Source of the DNA: an uncultured bacterium
Lineage (GTDB): Bacteria; Patescibacteriota; Minisyncoccia; UBA6257; 2-01-FULL-56-20
DNA length: 64,000 bases
Direction: 5' to 3'
Assembly (NCBI GenBank): GCA_963696395.1
Contig: CAVOJZ010000002.1
Coordinates: forward strand, 720,619-784,618
The first letter of the stretch is position 1. Every line of letters begins with the position of its first letter. The translations under genes were made by a program, and so were the position numbers. The notes below the pieces were generated by a model. The model had not been told where the DNA came from, made no database searches, and saw only the letters and a program-made list of their open reading frames with translations. Positions 54,653-63,941 of this stretch are shown piece after piece.

Positions 54653-56149
54653 CTATTTAAGCTGAAGATACGGTTCGAGATAATCGACAGCAATGCCGCC
54701 GAACGATTTATCTGAAGCAAATGATTGCTTGACAATGGCAACCTGCGCCGCCATCTGTTCTTTTGTCATGCCATAAAAAGTGACATAACTTGGCTGAACA
54801 TTTCCGGTTTCTTGGCCGACAATTACGTCAACGTTACTTGATCCTGCCGCCTGAATTTCAGGCGCGGCAATTTCAATCGTCCCGTCGGAGCCGCTCGCAA
54901 AGTTGCGGTAAGCCATAACGAGCAGGCGTCCATACGGAAGTTCGTTCAAAAGCCTCACGAGATGATTCAATGGATACGTTGTAATGCCGTCAACGGTAAC
55001 TTGCGGAGCATGGGCATATGCAGAATAGAAGAATGGGATATCAAAGCCGAGCGGCATACCATAATTCTTATCCTGGTTCACGAGCGATTCCGCCATCTGT
55101 ACGTAATCTGTGAGGACTCCGGCAGGATCTTGTGTGTATTGCGGCAAGCTGTAAGGTTCGATGTCAAACTGTACGCCGCGGAATTTTATCGTGTGCGTCT
55201 GATTGTAGTTCGCGACAAATGTAATGATATTCTGGGGGTTCGACCAATTACCGGGAAGAGCCCAGCTGCTGGCTCCTGCCTCGGCGTCAACCGCAATATT
55301 TTCAATCGCGGCGTCTGTGAGGAAGGTGTTCAGTGAGGCTTCGTAGTTTGAGAGTTGCGCACCGCTCAAATTAAGAGACGAATCAACCGTCAGGTAAATG
55401 ACATTGAATCCATTTGCGGCCGCATTGTTTACGATTTGTTGCGCCGTAGCCTGCGACATGCCGTATGCGGAGGTCCATTCCCATACGCCATTTTCTGCAG
55501 GAATCGAGACCGGAGGCTGTTTTACGGATTGAGACTGTTGGGGCGCTTGAGCCTGGGTTTGCGTTTGAGCGGGTGCAGCTTGGACCGCCGCCGCCTGCGT
55601 TACGATGACCGGTGCTGTTTGCGATGTTACGCCTGATGCGTCACTGCAGGCATCAGCGCCATTATCTGCGGCAAGGCATGCTTCGTCGGGTGTCTGCCCG
55701 GTGAGGAGCGGTGCGTTGCGTGAGGTTGCAAGAGAGATATCTTCAATTCCTTTCGGCGGAAGGCTGCCCAGCCGCCAATAGTAGCCATCGGCAGCTGCCG
55801 CCGGAGATGCCGAACCAAAATGTTCATTGGCTGCGTAGTAGACGGAGATGCTTGCATTGGTGCACATCTCCGTCCCCAGATTTTTGGCCGTGAGGAGATA
55901 AGTTATGGTGCCTCCTTGCGAAGTATCACCGCTTGTTTTTAGAAACTGCAGATTGAGGGAACATGATCCCGATGCGGCCGAAGCACTTGCGATCGGGGGA
56001 ATTTGCGATAGGGGAACGTGAGCGAAGAAAGAAGCTGATATACCGACGACTCCGATAAGGAGCACGGCTCCAGCCACTTTGCTGAATTTCATGAGGTTCT
56101 GGTGGATTTTGTGAGTTCGTAAGCCGGGCGCTGCGTCCTCACTCGACAA
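54653..56149 (-). CDS. secreted putative glycan-hydrolase-like protein, paralog of 41875..43440
   Basis: Same two-domain architecture. Conserved blocks NGFNVIYLTVD, AVDAEAGASSWALPG, KFRGVQFDIEPYSLPQY. Confidence 0.6.
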   Translation of the reverse strand: MSSEDAAPGLRTHKIHQNLMKFSKVAGAVLLIGVVGISASFFAHVPLSQIPPIASASAASGSCSLNLQFLKTSGDTSQGGTITYLLTAKNLGTEMCTNASISVYYAANEHFGSASPAAAADGYYWRLGSLPPKGIEDISLATSRNAPLLTGQTPDEACLAADNGADACSDASGVTSQTAPVIVTQAAAVQAAPAQTQTQAQAPQQSQSVKQPPVSIPAENGVWEWTSAYGMSQATAQQIVNNAAANGFNVIYLTVDSSLNLSGAQLSNYEASLNTFLTDAAIENIAVDAEAGASSWALPGNWSNPQNIITFVANYNQTHTIKFRGVQFDIEPYSLPQYTQDPAGVLTDYVQMAESLVNQDKNYGMPLGFDIPFFYSAYAHAPQVTVDGITTYPLNHLVRLLNELPYGRLLVMAYRNFASGSDGTIEIAAPEIQAAGSSNVDVIVGQETGNVQPSYVTFYGMTKEQMAAQVAIVKQSFASDKSFGGIAVDYLEPYLQLK

Positions 56150-56378
56150 GAGAGGCGGTTCTCTTTAAAGATCTTAAAGAGATCCAAGCGCGGGGCTGGC
56201 CAGACCGATCTTACATGGTATGTAAATTTAATTTTATATTGCGCAGGCGGTTATCACGCAAAGCAAATAACTCGACGAAAGTTAAGAAAGCGAGTTTTCA
56301 CCTGACGTTCCTTACTACAGCAGGCGACCTGTGGATATTTCAGATCTGAATTCGGCATCGCCGCAGAATGCTCTATAA

Positions 56379-57395
56379 TTGATTAAAATGCATAAAGACC
56401 GGTTTTATCTGATAGGTGCCGTCGCTTTTTTCGCGATAATGATTTTAGTTCTTATCAAGCCAGGCGCTTCTTCGCCGAAAGCTTTCACGGTTTCTCCGAA
56501 TAAGGAAATTGGCGCATGGATATGGGATCCGGTGGATCAAATGTCCACATCAACCATGGCTCAGCTCGTGGACGCGGCTGCTGCGAATCATTTTAATGCC
56601 CTATATCTTTCGATTGATGATTATTTGTCATTCGAAACCATGGCGCCCGGCGTGGAACGGCAAGCCGCTCTGCAAAACCTCTCCACCTCCATTTATAATT
56701 TTATTTCGCTCGCGCACCAAAAAAATATTTCCGTTGACGCCGAGGCGGGGGAAACGGATTGGGGCGAACCCCAAAATTACAAATACGCCGAGGATATTTT
56801 CAATTTTGTTTCATCGTTTAATGTGGCGCATGATGGCAAGTTCCGCGGGGTCCAATACGATGTTGAATCATACAGTTTGCCGCAATATGGAAGTGACCCG
56901 GTGACGGTGCTAACGCAATACGTCGGGCTTGTTTCTGACCTCGTCGCCCGCGACAATGCACTTGCTTCGCCAGCGCCAATTCCGCTCACGATGATCGTTC
57001 CGTACTTTTATACCGCCGAGAATGGCTCAACGTCACCAATCACCGTGAACGGCGTGAGCGATTACGCGTATGGACAGATCGTTCGCGCGCTGAATGCCTT
57101 GCCGCGCGGCGACGGCCGCGTGATGGTGCTCGCATACCGAAATACAGCCACCGGTTCCGATGGATCGGTCGCGCTCGCCCGTCCGGAAGTGCAAGTCGCG
57201 GGCGGAACCAATGTTTCCGTGGTGATTGCCCAGGAAACCGGCAATGTTCAGCCTGGTTCAATTACCTTCTATGGAATGCCAAAGACAAGTCTCTTTTCTT
57301 CAATTCAACAGATTGATAGCGCGTTTTCTTCCGAAACGGCCTATGGTGGCGTTGCCGTTGACTACCTGAATTCGTTTCTCGCTATGGGTGGATAA
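56379..57395 (+). CDS. membrane-anchored putative glycan-hydrolase-like protein, short paralog
   Basis: N-terminal TM anchor and the catalytic-like domain only (NHFNALYLSIDDYLS, SVDAEAGETDWGEPQ, KFRGVQYDVESYSLPQYG). Confidence 0.6.
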   Translation: MIKMHKDRFYLIGAVAFFAIMILVLIKPGASSPKAFTVSPNKEIGAWIWDPVDQMSTSTMAQLVDAAAANHFNALYLSIDDYLSFETMAPGVERQAALQNLSTSIYNFISLAHQKNISVDAEAGETDWGEPQNYKYAEDIFNFVSSFNVAHDGKFRGVQYDVESYSLPQYGSDPVTVLTQYVGLVSDLVARDNALASPAPIPLTMIVPYFYTAENGSTSPITVNGVSDYAYGQIVRALNALPRGDGRVMVLAYRNTATGSDGSVALARPEVQVAGGTNVSVVIAQETGNVQPGSITFYGMPKTSLFSSIQQIDSAFSSETAYGGVAVDYLNSFLAMGG

Positions 57396-58164
57396 TAGCG
57401 ACGAGTTTTGAAAAGCCGAGATCCGGCATGGCGGGCTTTTTGATGCCAACTTCTTTTTCCCAGAATGTTTCGTTCCGCAAAAGCTCTATGATCCAAGGGA
57501 AGTGTGCGTCCTGTGAAAAGATGATGCCGCCGGAAGAAGTGATCGGGTAAAGATAATGAAGGCAATCCCGTGTTGACTGAACGAGGTCAACATTGATGCA
57601 TGCCGCCGCGACGGGCTCGTGGAATTTTGGCATGGTATCGCTGAAGAAACCTTTGTGAAATTCTACACCCTTCAACGAGCCGAATTTTTCAACGTTGCCT
57701 CGCACTTCGTCAAGGCCAACGGCGTGGCTGCCTTTCGGGAAGTGATGTTCACGCCCGTAGATGCTCTTGCCGTGCTCTTCGGTGTTCTCCGGCATGCCTT
57801 CAAAAGAGTCGAAAACATGAAAATCCCGCTTTGCGAGTTGCGCAACCAGGCTAAGCTTTGCCGTGCTGCCTCCATGGAATGAGCCGGCCTCGGCTATTGC
57901 TCCCGGAACATGAGGGCCAAGGTCAAGAATTTTTCGGGCAATCGTGATCAGCTCGTTTTCGGTATGGGGACAATCAACATAATATGAGATGGCGTAAAAC
58001 TTTTTAACGAGGCGAAACCGTTCGCCGAATGTGGTCGTTGATTTTGTTGCGTGGAATAAAAATCCCATCGCCGCCGGAAAATCCTGCGGGAAATAATAAA
58101 TTTTCCGATACAAATAATGAAGCGGCCACGGCGTGAGTCTTTTGATGCGGCTGCGGAGGGTCAT
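57382..58164 (-). CDS. TylF/MycF-family (macrocin-O-methyltransferase-like) SAM-dependent O-methyltransferase
   Basis: Family-typical blocks: AIAEAGSFHGGST, FHVFDSFEGMPE, INVDLVQSTRDCLHYLYP. Confidence 0.6.
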   Translation of the reverse strand: MTLRSRIKRLTPWPLHYLYRKIYYFPQDFPAAMGFLFHATKSTTTFGERFRLVKKFYAISYYVDCPHTENELITIARKILDLGPHVPGAIAEAGSFHGGSTAKLSLVAQLAKRDFHVFDSFEGMPENTEEHGKSIYGREHHFPKGSHAVGLDEVRGNVEKFGSLKGVEFHKGFFSDTMPKFHEPVAAACINVDLVQSTRDCLHYLYPITSSGGIIFSQDAHFPWIIELLRNETFWEKEVGIKKPAMPDLGFSKLVAIIHP

Positions 58165-58991
58165 ATTTTTGTCCGTTTCACCTCCGTATTTCTTGGAGTC
58201 CCTTCGGGCGCGGTGCCGATTCTGCGGACAATGACAAATGGAGTCATTTTGTTTCCTTGGCCGAGCGGGTTATCGAGTAAAATTCTCCGTATGATTGCTT
58301 TATCAAGGCCGACGCCTCGACTCACGCCTAGAATCTTCACGTCAATAAAATTGGCGTCGGCAGTTACCGAAGGGATGCCGATCGTGGTCTCCACGTCGTC
58401 GCAATCGCGCTGCGGATTTGCCGGAGGAAGGACAGCCCATTCGGTGTAGGGGTACATGTCTTCCGGAATGAAACCGTCAATTTCTGAAACACGATGTCCG
58501 GCTACAACCCAAAACCATCCTCGCTGGCCGATCAATTTTCCGAATGCGCCGATCGCCATCGCGGGAATGATGCGCCACCAGCCTGCTTCTTCTATGGCAA
58601 CCTGGATCTTTTCCGGATTATTCCATGCGGTCATGGTCTTATGTTTTGTGACGCCTTTTTGGACGAGGCGGGCGAGCCACGTCACTTTCACGGTTGAAAT
58701 ATGTCGCACGCGGTTTTGGCTGATGGAAATTAATTTTTCCGACAGTGCCACCCAGTCGCCGGGCTGCCAGTGAGGCTTCACGAACTCTTTTAAGATGTTT
58801 TCAAGATTCTCGCCGAATTCAAGGAGCCGAGGAACCTTGATGGGGAAGCGTTCATAGATAATGCCGTCCACTGTGATGAGACGTCCAGGTTGGATGCCTG
58901 GCGGCGTTGAGGTATCGGGAAGATTCGAGGGAAGCATATGCGCTTTATTATAGAGGAAGACGCGCCCAATTTCCACGGCAAAATTTGACAC
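58161..58991 (-). CDS. hypothetical protein co-transcribed with the TylF-like methyltransferase
   Basis: 276-aa soluble protein whose start overlaps the methyltransferase stop. No motif I can name with confidence. Confidence 0.4.
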   Translation of the reverse strand: MSNFAVEIGRVFLYNKAHMLPSNLPDTSTPPGIQPGRLITVDGIIYERFPIKVPRLLEFGENLENILKEFVKPHWQPGDWVALSEKLISISQNRVRHISTVKVTWLARLVQKGVTKHKTMTAWNNPEKIQVAIEEAGWWRIIPAMAIGAFGKLIGQRGWFWVVAGHRVSEIDGFIPEDMYPYTEWAVLPPANPQRDCDDVETTIGIPSVTADANFIDVKILGVSRGVGLDKAIIRRILLDNPLGQGNKMTPFVIVRRIGTAPEGTPRNTEVKRTKI

Positions 58992-59058
58992 AGGCCTCCA
59001 TTTTGAGGCAGAATAGGGGCAGCAACAAGGGAATTAAATTAAAGAAAAGAGGCGAGAG

Positions 59059-60123
59059 ATGCTGATCAAATCAGTTTACAAGAACGAAGGGCTCGAACGA
59101 GTTATCAATTTTTTCGAGTGTGGTCTCCCGCCGCTGACCATGGCGAGAGCTCCATTCGACGTTCGAACGTCTGAGTGGTATAAGGATTATCATCTTGAGG
59201 GAATTGTCGAGGCAACACTGCTTGAGTTCGGCCGGATTCCTACGGGAAACGGTAAGGCGCTTTCTGCAATGCGGATATTTCTTGATAAGCAAGAACAAGG
59301 AATGTTCGATGATTATCCCGAAGTCGATCTCAGTTCCTCCGGTAACTTTGCCGCCGCTGCCGGTTTTTTACGAAAATTCTTTCCGATTCGGCGAGTCAAC
59401 GCCATTATCGACAAGAAAGTTCTTCGCGGAAAACGAAGGCAGTTGGAATTTGCGAACGTTAACATCGTTGATGCACCGGAAGGTGTTTCCCCGATACAGT
59501 ATGCCCATGAGTTGGCTCAACAACCTGGACATCTGGAAATCAACCAGTACGTCGAGAAGGGAAGTATCAACGCCCAAAAGTGGACAGCAAACCATATAAC
59601 TCGATGCTGCAGGCGGCTCGGCATAGAGCCGAGACTCTTCGGTGCAGTGACCGGTACGCGTGCCACGGTAATCGGCGGAAAGAAATTTCTGCTGAATGAT
59701 TGGCCCGACATCAAAACCTTCGGTGTTGCGTCGATGTGGACCGAAGGAGACAAAGAAGACCGGGAAAAAGTTGACGGTAGCCGTTCGCGAAAGGGGCTGA
59801 AGGAGCTCGAAGGGATCGAAGGTTTTGAATTAGAAAAAGCCCTCGATTTTGAACTCGTGACATCCGTCACTAAGAAGCGTGCTCTTCGGACGAACGTCGA
59901 GCTTGTGAGAGACTGGATTCCGGTTGGCGGAACCGGAGCTCTACTCCTTGCAGGATCTTACGACCTTATCCGCGACATTTGTTTGGGCAAATTCCCGGGT
60001 GTAACCATTGACTCAATGAAAAACGAGAAGGGAAAGATTCCTATGGTGATGCCCGTGATTGATGCCTATCAGATGTATAGTCAGGATCCCGCCTACGACG
60101 AAGCTTTGAAAGAAGCTGAGTGA
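59059..60123 (+). CDS. putative fold-type-II PLP-dependent enzyme (Trp-synthase-beta superfamily-like)
   Basis: IPTGNGKALSA resembles the PTGSxK PLP-lysine motif. SSSGNFAAAAG resembles the SGN(T)G loop. VGGTGALLLAG is Gly-rich. The assignment is tentative. Confidence 0.4.
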   Translation: MLIKSVYKNEGLERVINFFECGLPPLTMARAPFDVRTSEWYKDYHLEGIVEATLLEFGRIPTGNGKALSAMRIFLDKQEQGMFDDYPEVDLSSSGNFAAAAGFLRKFFPIRRVNAIIDKKVLRGKRRQLEFANVNIVDAPEGVSPIQYAHELAQQPGHLEINQYVEKGSINAQKWTANHITRCCRRLGIEPRLFGAVTGTRATVIGGKKFLLNDWPDIKTFGVASMWTEGDKEDREKVDGSRSRKGLKELEGIEGFELEKALDFELVTSVTKKRALRTNVELVRDWIPVGGTGALLLAGSYDLIRDICLGKFPGVTIDSMKNEKGKIPMVMPVIDAYQMYSQDPAYDEALKEAE

Positions 60124-60130
60124 TAGCAAC

Positions 60131-60172
60131 AGGCCGAATGCGCAAATAACCGCGCGTTCGGCCTCTTTTTAT
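60131..60172 (+). terminator. rho-independent terminator
   Basis: AGGCCGAA...TTCGGCCT stem followed by CTTTTTATTT. Confidence 0.65.
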
Positions 60173-60726
60173 TTCCGCACTTTTAGCTCCACAAGCAGTT
60201 CGTCTAAGTTTTTAAAAAATGCTTCTGCCGTCCCATTGTTTTCGATAACCATATCAGCCGCGGCAAGAACCTTATCCATTTCATGCGCACCGACGTCATC
60301 GCGGCGCTCCCGATCTTCTTCTTTTTTGAATTGCTCGAAGCTCGTGACATCTCCTGGCCGCTTGCGTGCAAGCGCTCGCGCGTAGCGCAATTCAACCGGG
60401 GCATCGATTGCGAGAAGCAAAAAATTACGCCCAAAATGTTTATTTAAAAAATCAACGGCCGATAAGTTGCGCAATCCGGAGACAACCGCGTTGCCAGTGA
60501 TGCGTCGTACGATTTCCTCGGCGGGGAAGCGGTTGCCGTGCAGAGCGCGCATCTCGCGGACAAACGCATGAGTTTGAGTTCGATCGGTTGGAATATTCCG
60601 CTCATGCATCAGTTCGCGGATGATGTTTCCACTGGAGACATGCTGGAACCCTTTTGCGGCAAGATAATTTGCGGCAACATCCTTTCCCGCGGAAGGATGC
60701 CCGACGATTGCAATGACCATTAACAT
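60169..60726 (-). CDS. P-loop nucleotide/nucleoside-monophosphate kinase-like protein
   Basis: Walker A IVGHPSAGKDV, then an NMP-binding-like SSGNIIRE. The six-frame ORF starts with GTG at 60729; the ATG at 60726 is used here. Confidence 0.55.
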   Translation of the reverse strand: MLMVIAIVGHPSAGKDVAANYLAAKGFQHVSSGNIIRELMHERNIPTDRTQTHAFVREMRALHGNRFPAEEIVRRITGNAVVSGLRNLSAVDFLNKHFGRNFLLLAIDAPVELRYARALARKRPGDVTSFEQFKKEEDRERRDDVGAHEMDKVLAAADMVIENNGTAEAFFKNLDELLVELKVRK

Positions 60727-60741
60727 CACTATAACGTGAAT

Positions 60742-60769
60742 TTGACAAACTGTAAAATATTGTTATAAT
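60742..60769 (+). promoter_or_regulatory. near-consensus sigma70 promoter (TTGACA, 16-nt spacer, TGTTATAAT)
   Basis: TTGACA at 60742..60747, a 16-nt spacer, then the extended -10 TGnTATAAT at 60761..60769. Confidence 0.6.
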
Positions 60770-61071
60770 TACATCAGCACCTAAAAACTTTCTCCTGCGA
60801 CAAGCGTCGCTTGCGATCTTTGTCGCAGGAGGAAGGCTCGCATAGGGCCAGCGGCTGGTCGGGCTGCCAAAACAACCCTTCCTGCCACATGCCCATGAGA
60901 CAAGCGATCGCATTTGTACTGATAATGATCGCCTTCGGCATCTTCATGCCGGAAGTTCTCCATGCGTTGAGCGTCTTCCTGCTGACGCTCTTTACCAAGA
61001 GCACTGCGTTCCTAAACGCATTGCCCGTTAGCCCTGCTATGGTGAGTCCGGCCGCGGGCCACTAGCAGAAA

Positions 61072-61108
61072 GGGCATCTACCATTTTGGTAGGTGCCCGT
61101 TTCTTTTT
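61072..61108. terminator. rho-independent terminator (bidirectional candidate)
   Basis: GGGCATCTACC-ATTTT-GGTAGGTGCCC (one G-U pair), followed by GTTTCTTTTT. Confidence 0.65.
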
Positions 61109-61121
61109 AATTGATTTTTAA

Positions 61122-61607
61122 TCACTCGCGGTTTTTCTTTCTCAGTGAAAAATGAAAGAAAGCGTCAAACCCAAGGTATTGGCCGGCCTTCGCTGCAATT
61201 AATAGCAAAAGGCAGATGATGATGACAAGCTCGTCATTAATGAATTGTGCGATGCTCGAAAGAGAGTAGTTAAGATTGAGGCCAGGCAGATAACTTGCGA
61301 GCAACAATATGATTGCGGCAAACGAAGATAAGCGCGTCAGGAAGCCGAGTATAAGAAGAGCGCCAATCACGAGGAATGCCCATTCGGCGAATGGATGCAG
61401 CCATGTCATGGAGGCCGCCGCGCTCAGATTTCCCAGCCAGTTGTAGAGACCCGGTACGGATCGTCCCTGAAGTACGAGGCCGAGTTGGGGATTAAAAAGG
61501 CTGGTAAACCCAAGATAGAAAAAACTCAGGCCGAGCGATATGCGCAGCAAGAAGATTATCATGCGCAAGGAATGGGGAATCTTGGAGTGCGGTTGGGCAC
61601 CAAACAT
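61122..61607 (-). CDS. DoxX-like polytopic membrane protein
   Basis: 161 aa with four hydrophobic helices. The N-terminal region FLLRISLGLSFFYLGFTSL is DoxX-like. Confidence 0.45.
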   Translation of the reverse strand: MFGAQPHSKIPHSLRMIIFLLRISLGLSFFYLGFTSLFNPQLGLVLQGRSVPGLYNWLGNLSAAASMTWLHPFAEWAFLVIGALLILGFLTRLSSFAAIILLLASYLPGLNLNYSLSSIAQFINDELVIIICLLLLIAAKAGQYLGFDAFFHFSLRKKNRE

Positions 61608-61621
61608 ACTATAATAATAGC

Positions 61622-62161
61622 ATGAAGGCCGAGTTCACCGGATTTGAAAACAATAAGAAGCATCGTCTTGGGCATCGGGCATTCACTCTTTTTTTGTTTC
61701 GACGGGTGAAACTCTTTTTATTTCTCGTCGCGTTGAGTTTCGCTGCGTGGTACGCCGAGCGTTGGATGCCACCCGTTTACGCCCCGTGGGGAGATTATGC
61801 CGTGAAAATGCTTGGCGTGCTGTGCGTCGCTTATTTTGTACTCATCTTTATTGAAACCTACCTGGAGTACCGCTATTACACCTATCTTTTTACGGACGAA
61901 GCATTCATGATGACGTCGGGGTATATGGTTCGGACCGAGATGGCGGCCCTCTACCATCAGATACAAAATGTGAATATTATGCGGTCGCCGCTCGACCGCC
62001 TTATTGGCGTGAGCCGGATTGTGGTTTATATGACAGGCGATAAAGCTTCTCCTCACAATCAGCTCGTTTTGCCCGGTGTCGGGAAAACAAAAGCGAAACA
62101 CGTGCAGCAGGAGCTGCTAACCCGGGCGCGAAAGCATTTTAACATGGAGGAAAGGGGCTAG
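61622..62161 (+). CDS. membrane protein with a bacterial PH (bPH_2/YdbS-like) domain
   Basis: Two N-terminal TM helices, then FTDEAFMMTSGYMVRTEMAALYHQIQNVNIMRSPLDRLIGVSRIVVYMTG, typical of DUF304/bPH_2. Confidence 0.5.
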   Translation: MKAEFTGFENNKKHRLGHRAFTLFLFRRVKLFLFLVALSFAAWYAERWMPPVYAPWGDYAVKMLGVLCVAYFVLIFIETYLEYRYYTYLFTDEAFMMTSGYMVRTEMAALYHQIQNVNIMRSPLDRLIGVSRIVVYMTGDKASPHNQLVLPGVGKTKAKHVQQELLTRARKHFNMEERG

Positions 62162-63480
62162 TTCGGGAAGTCGAAGCGGTTGATGGAGCCCTGGTTTAAC
62201 AGGTAAAGAGCATTCGATTGCGGGTCGTAGGAAGATATCGTCCCCGCCGAGATGGTTGTGACGTTGATGAGACTTGTGTCGGCGAGATCGAAGAACGCAA
62301 CGCTCGATGGATAATTCACAAAAAGATGAGTTTCATCTTTGTACCACGTGAGACTTTTTACGTCGGCCATATCCGGAAGGTTGAAACGGTAATAGTCGTT
62401 GCCTGCGAAGTCAAAAATTTCAACGCTCTCATTTTCCAATGCCGCGATCAGGTTTCCGTCAACCGTCGGATAAAATGCCTTCACATCACTCGCAAGCTGG
62501 CGAAGATTGTTTGATGAAACAGTATAAATATAGAGGGATCCGTCGCTCTGCACGATGCCAAGCTCGTCGTTCGTGATCCATGCGAGCCCCTGGGTGGCTC
62601 CCGCGACATTAATGGGGCTAACCGCGATTCTTCCCGCAAACTTGTCATAAACCGAAATTTTGGAGCTGTCGGCCGTGGTTGAAAAAGCGCTCCACGCAAG
62701 GAATGGCTGCGAGGCGGCCATGAATGGGGCAATGGTGCTCCCCGAAGACGCCGTTCCGATCGTCGACGCAATTCCCGTGCCAAGATCGATGCTCCAGACA
62801 CGTCCCGGCAGGACCGCAAGCGCTGTGGTGTCGTTGTATGGGTCAATTGTGATCAGGCTGATGGTCCTCGGGACGATATGCTGTTTCTGAAAAATGGCTC
62901 CAAGGCCAAGCGTTTTCTGTGTCGTGAAATCATACACCAAATAATTTCCTTTTGGATCCTGATAGATCATATTTTTTAAATCGGTGCTGTGGCTCATAAT
63001 GGTGCCTGTTGCAATCGCAAGATTTCGCCAGGTGATTGTTCCGTTTGCATGCTGATCGACGTGATCGTCGCCGATTTCAAAGAAGTTTACGATATTGCTT
63101 GTCGTTGCAACAGCGGTGCTGATTTGCGGTACAAGCACGGCATATTTCATTTCAACGACGAGCGACGGTTCCACGTCCGCATTTTCACGCCATACGTCGT
63201 AACCGGGCATCGATAGGCCAAGAATATAATTTTTCGGGAAGAGATTCGAGAGGAGCGTCCCGTGACTCAGGAAATTGGACTGGTTTTGCAGGGACTTTCC
63301 ATCAAGCGTTATGGACGCGCTTTGCGGGAATGCGCGGACATAGATACCGCCTACTTTTTCGGTCTGGAAATTGGAAAGATTAATGCGCCACCCTTCGGCA
63401 TAAAGGACGACGGCGCTTCCGACAAGAACAAAGAGAACAACAAGAACATAGAAGATCGTTTTTCGGGTCCGCCTTGTCAT
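62158..63480 (-). CDS. membrane-anchored protein with PEGA-like and beta-propeller-like regions
   Basis: N-terminal TM (IFYVLVVLFVLVGSAVVLYA) and a PEGA-like segment (ASITLDGKSL). The rest is beta-rich. Confidence 0.5.
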   Translation of the reverse strand: MTRRTRKTIFYVLVVLFVLVGSAVVLYAEGWRINLSNFQTEKVGGIYVRAFPQSASITLDGKSLQNQSNFLSHGTLLSNLFPKNYILGLSMPGYDVWRENADVEPSLVVEMKYAVLVPQISTAVATTSNIVNFFEIGDDHVDQHANGTITWRNLAIATGTIMSHSTDLKNMIYQDPKGNYLVYDFTTQKTLGLGAIFQKQHIVPRTISLITIDPYNDTTALAVLPGRVWSIDLGTGIASTIGTASSGSTIAPFMAASQPFLAWSAFSTTADSSKISVYDKFAGRIAVSPINVAGATQGLAWITNDELGIVQSDGSLYIYTVSSNNLRQLASDVKAFYPTVDGNLIAALENESVEIFDFAGNDYYRFNLPDMADVKSLTWYKDETHLFVNYPSSVAFFDLADTSLINVTTISAGTISSYDPQSNALYLLNQGSINRFDFPN

Positions 63481-63713
63481 TATGCTAGTTTATCATATTC
63501 GCGATGGTTGTTCGTGAAACAAAAAATCCGACGATTCGTCGGGTTCTTTGATGATCCGGCTGGAGATCTCTGGCGGTTAGCCAGGTGGGTGGGCTCAACT
63601 GCGGTCCACGGACTGCAGGGATATCGCCCTCCCTGATAAGATTGTTTGATCCGAGATCTACAGCGGGATCCAATTCATTATACCATGCGACCGGACAAAA
63701 ACTTACACACACC

Positions 63714-63941
63714 CTAAAACGTCCGATCGCCGGTATGGAAGACTTTGCCGACAACGGTGCCGAGCGTGTAGGTTGCAAGGGCTGTTCCAAGCATGAGGGC
63801 CACCGACTCGCTGATTTCACGCCAGAATTTGCGGTCAAATACTACGGCTCCAAAAAAAGTGAATGCGCCGAGCAGAATGATACCGATCGTTGTTGAAACT
63901 GCAAATGCCGTTATCATCGTTGTGATAAAAAAGTATGGCAT
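63714..63941 (-). CDS. small two-helix membrane protein
   Basis: 75-aa ORF with two hydrophobic helices, lying at the window edge. Confidence 0.35.
   Translation of the reverse strand: MPYFFITTMITAFAVSTTIGIILLGAFTFFGAVVFDRKFWREISESVALMLGTALATYTLGTVVGKVFHTGDRTF

Noticed and set aside
60811-61065. 84-aa TTG-initiated six-frame ORF as a confident protein-coding gene.
   Set aside because: The TTG start lies inside the leader hairpin and has no ribosome-binding site. Only the shorter ATG-initiated 58-codon version (from 60889) is plausible. It is reported as a finding rather than a feature, because an sRNA interpretation is equally possible.
61040-61075. Possible cobalamin riboswitch B12-box (GCCACTAG near 61058).
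   Set aside because: It is only a partial match to the B12 box (GCCACTG). No upstream conserved cobalamin-riboswitch elements were recognised, and no downstream cobalamin-related gene is present.
63555-63680. tRNA or tmRNA in the intergenic region, suggested by short stem-loops.
   Set aside because: No cloverleaf with a T-loop (GTTCRANYC) or anticodon arm could be drawn, and no CCA-proximal acceptor stem is present.
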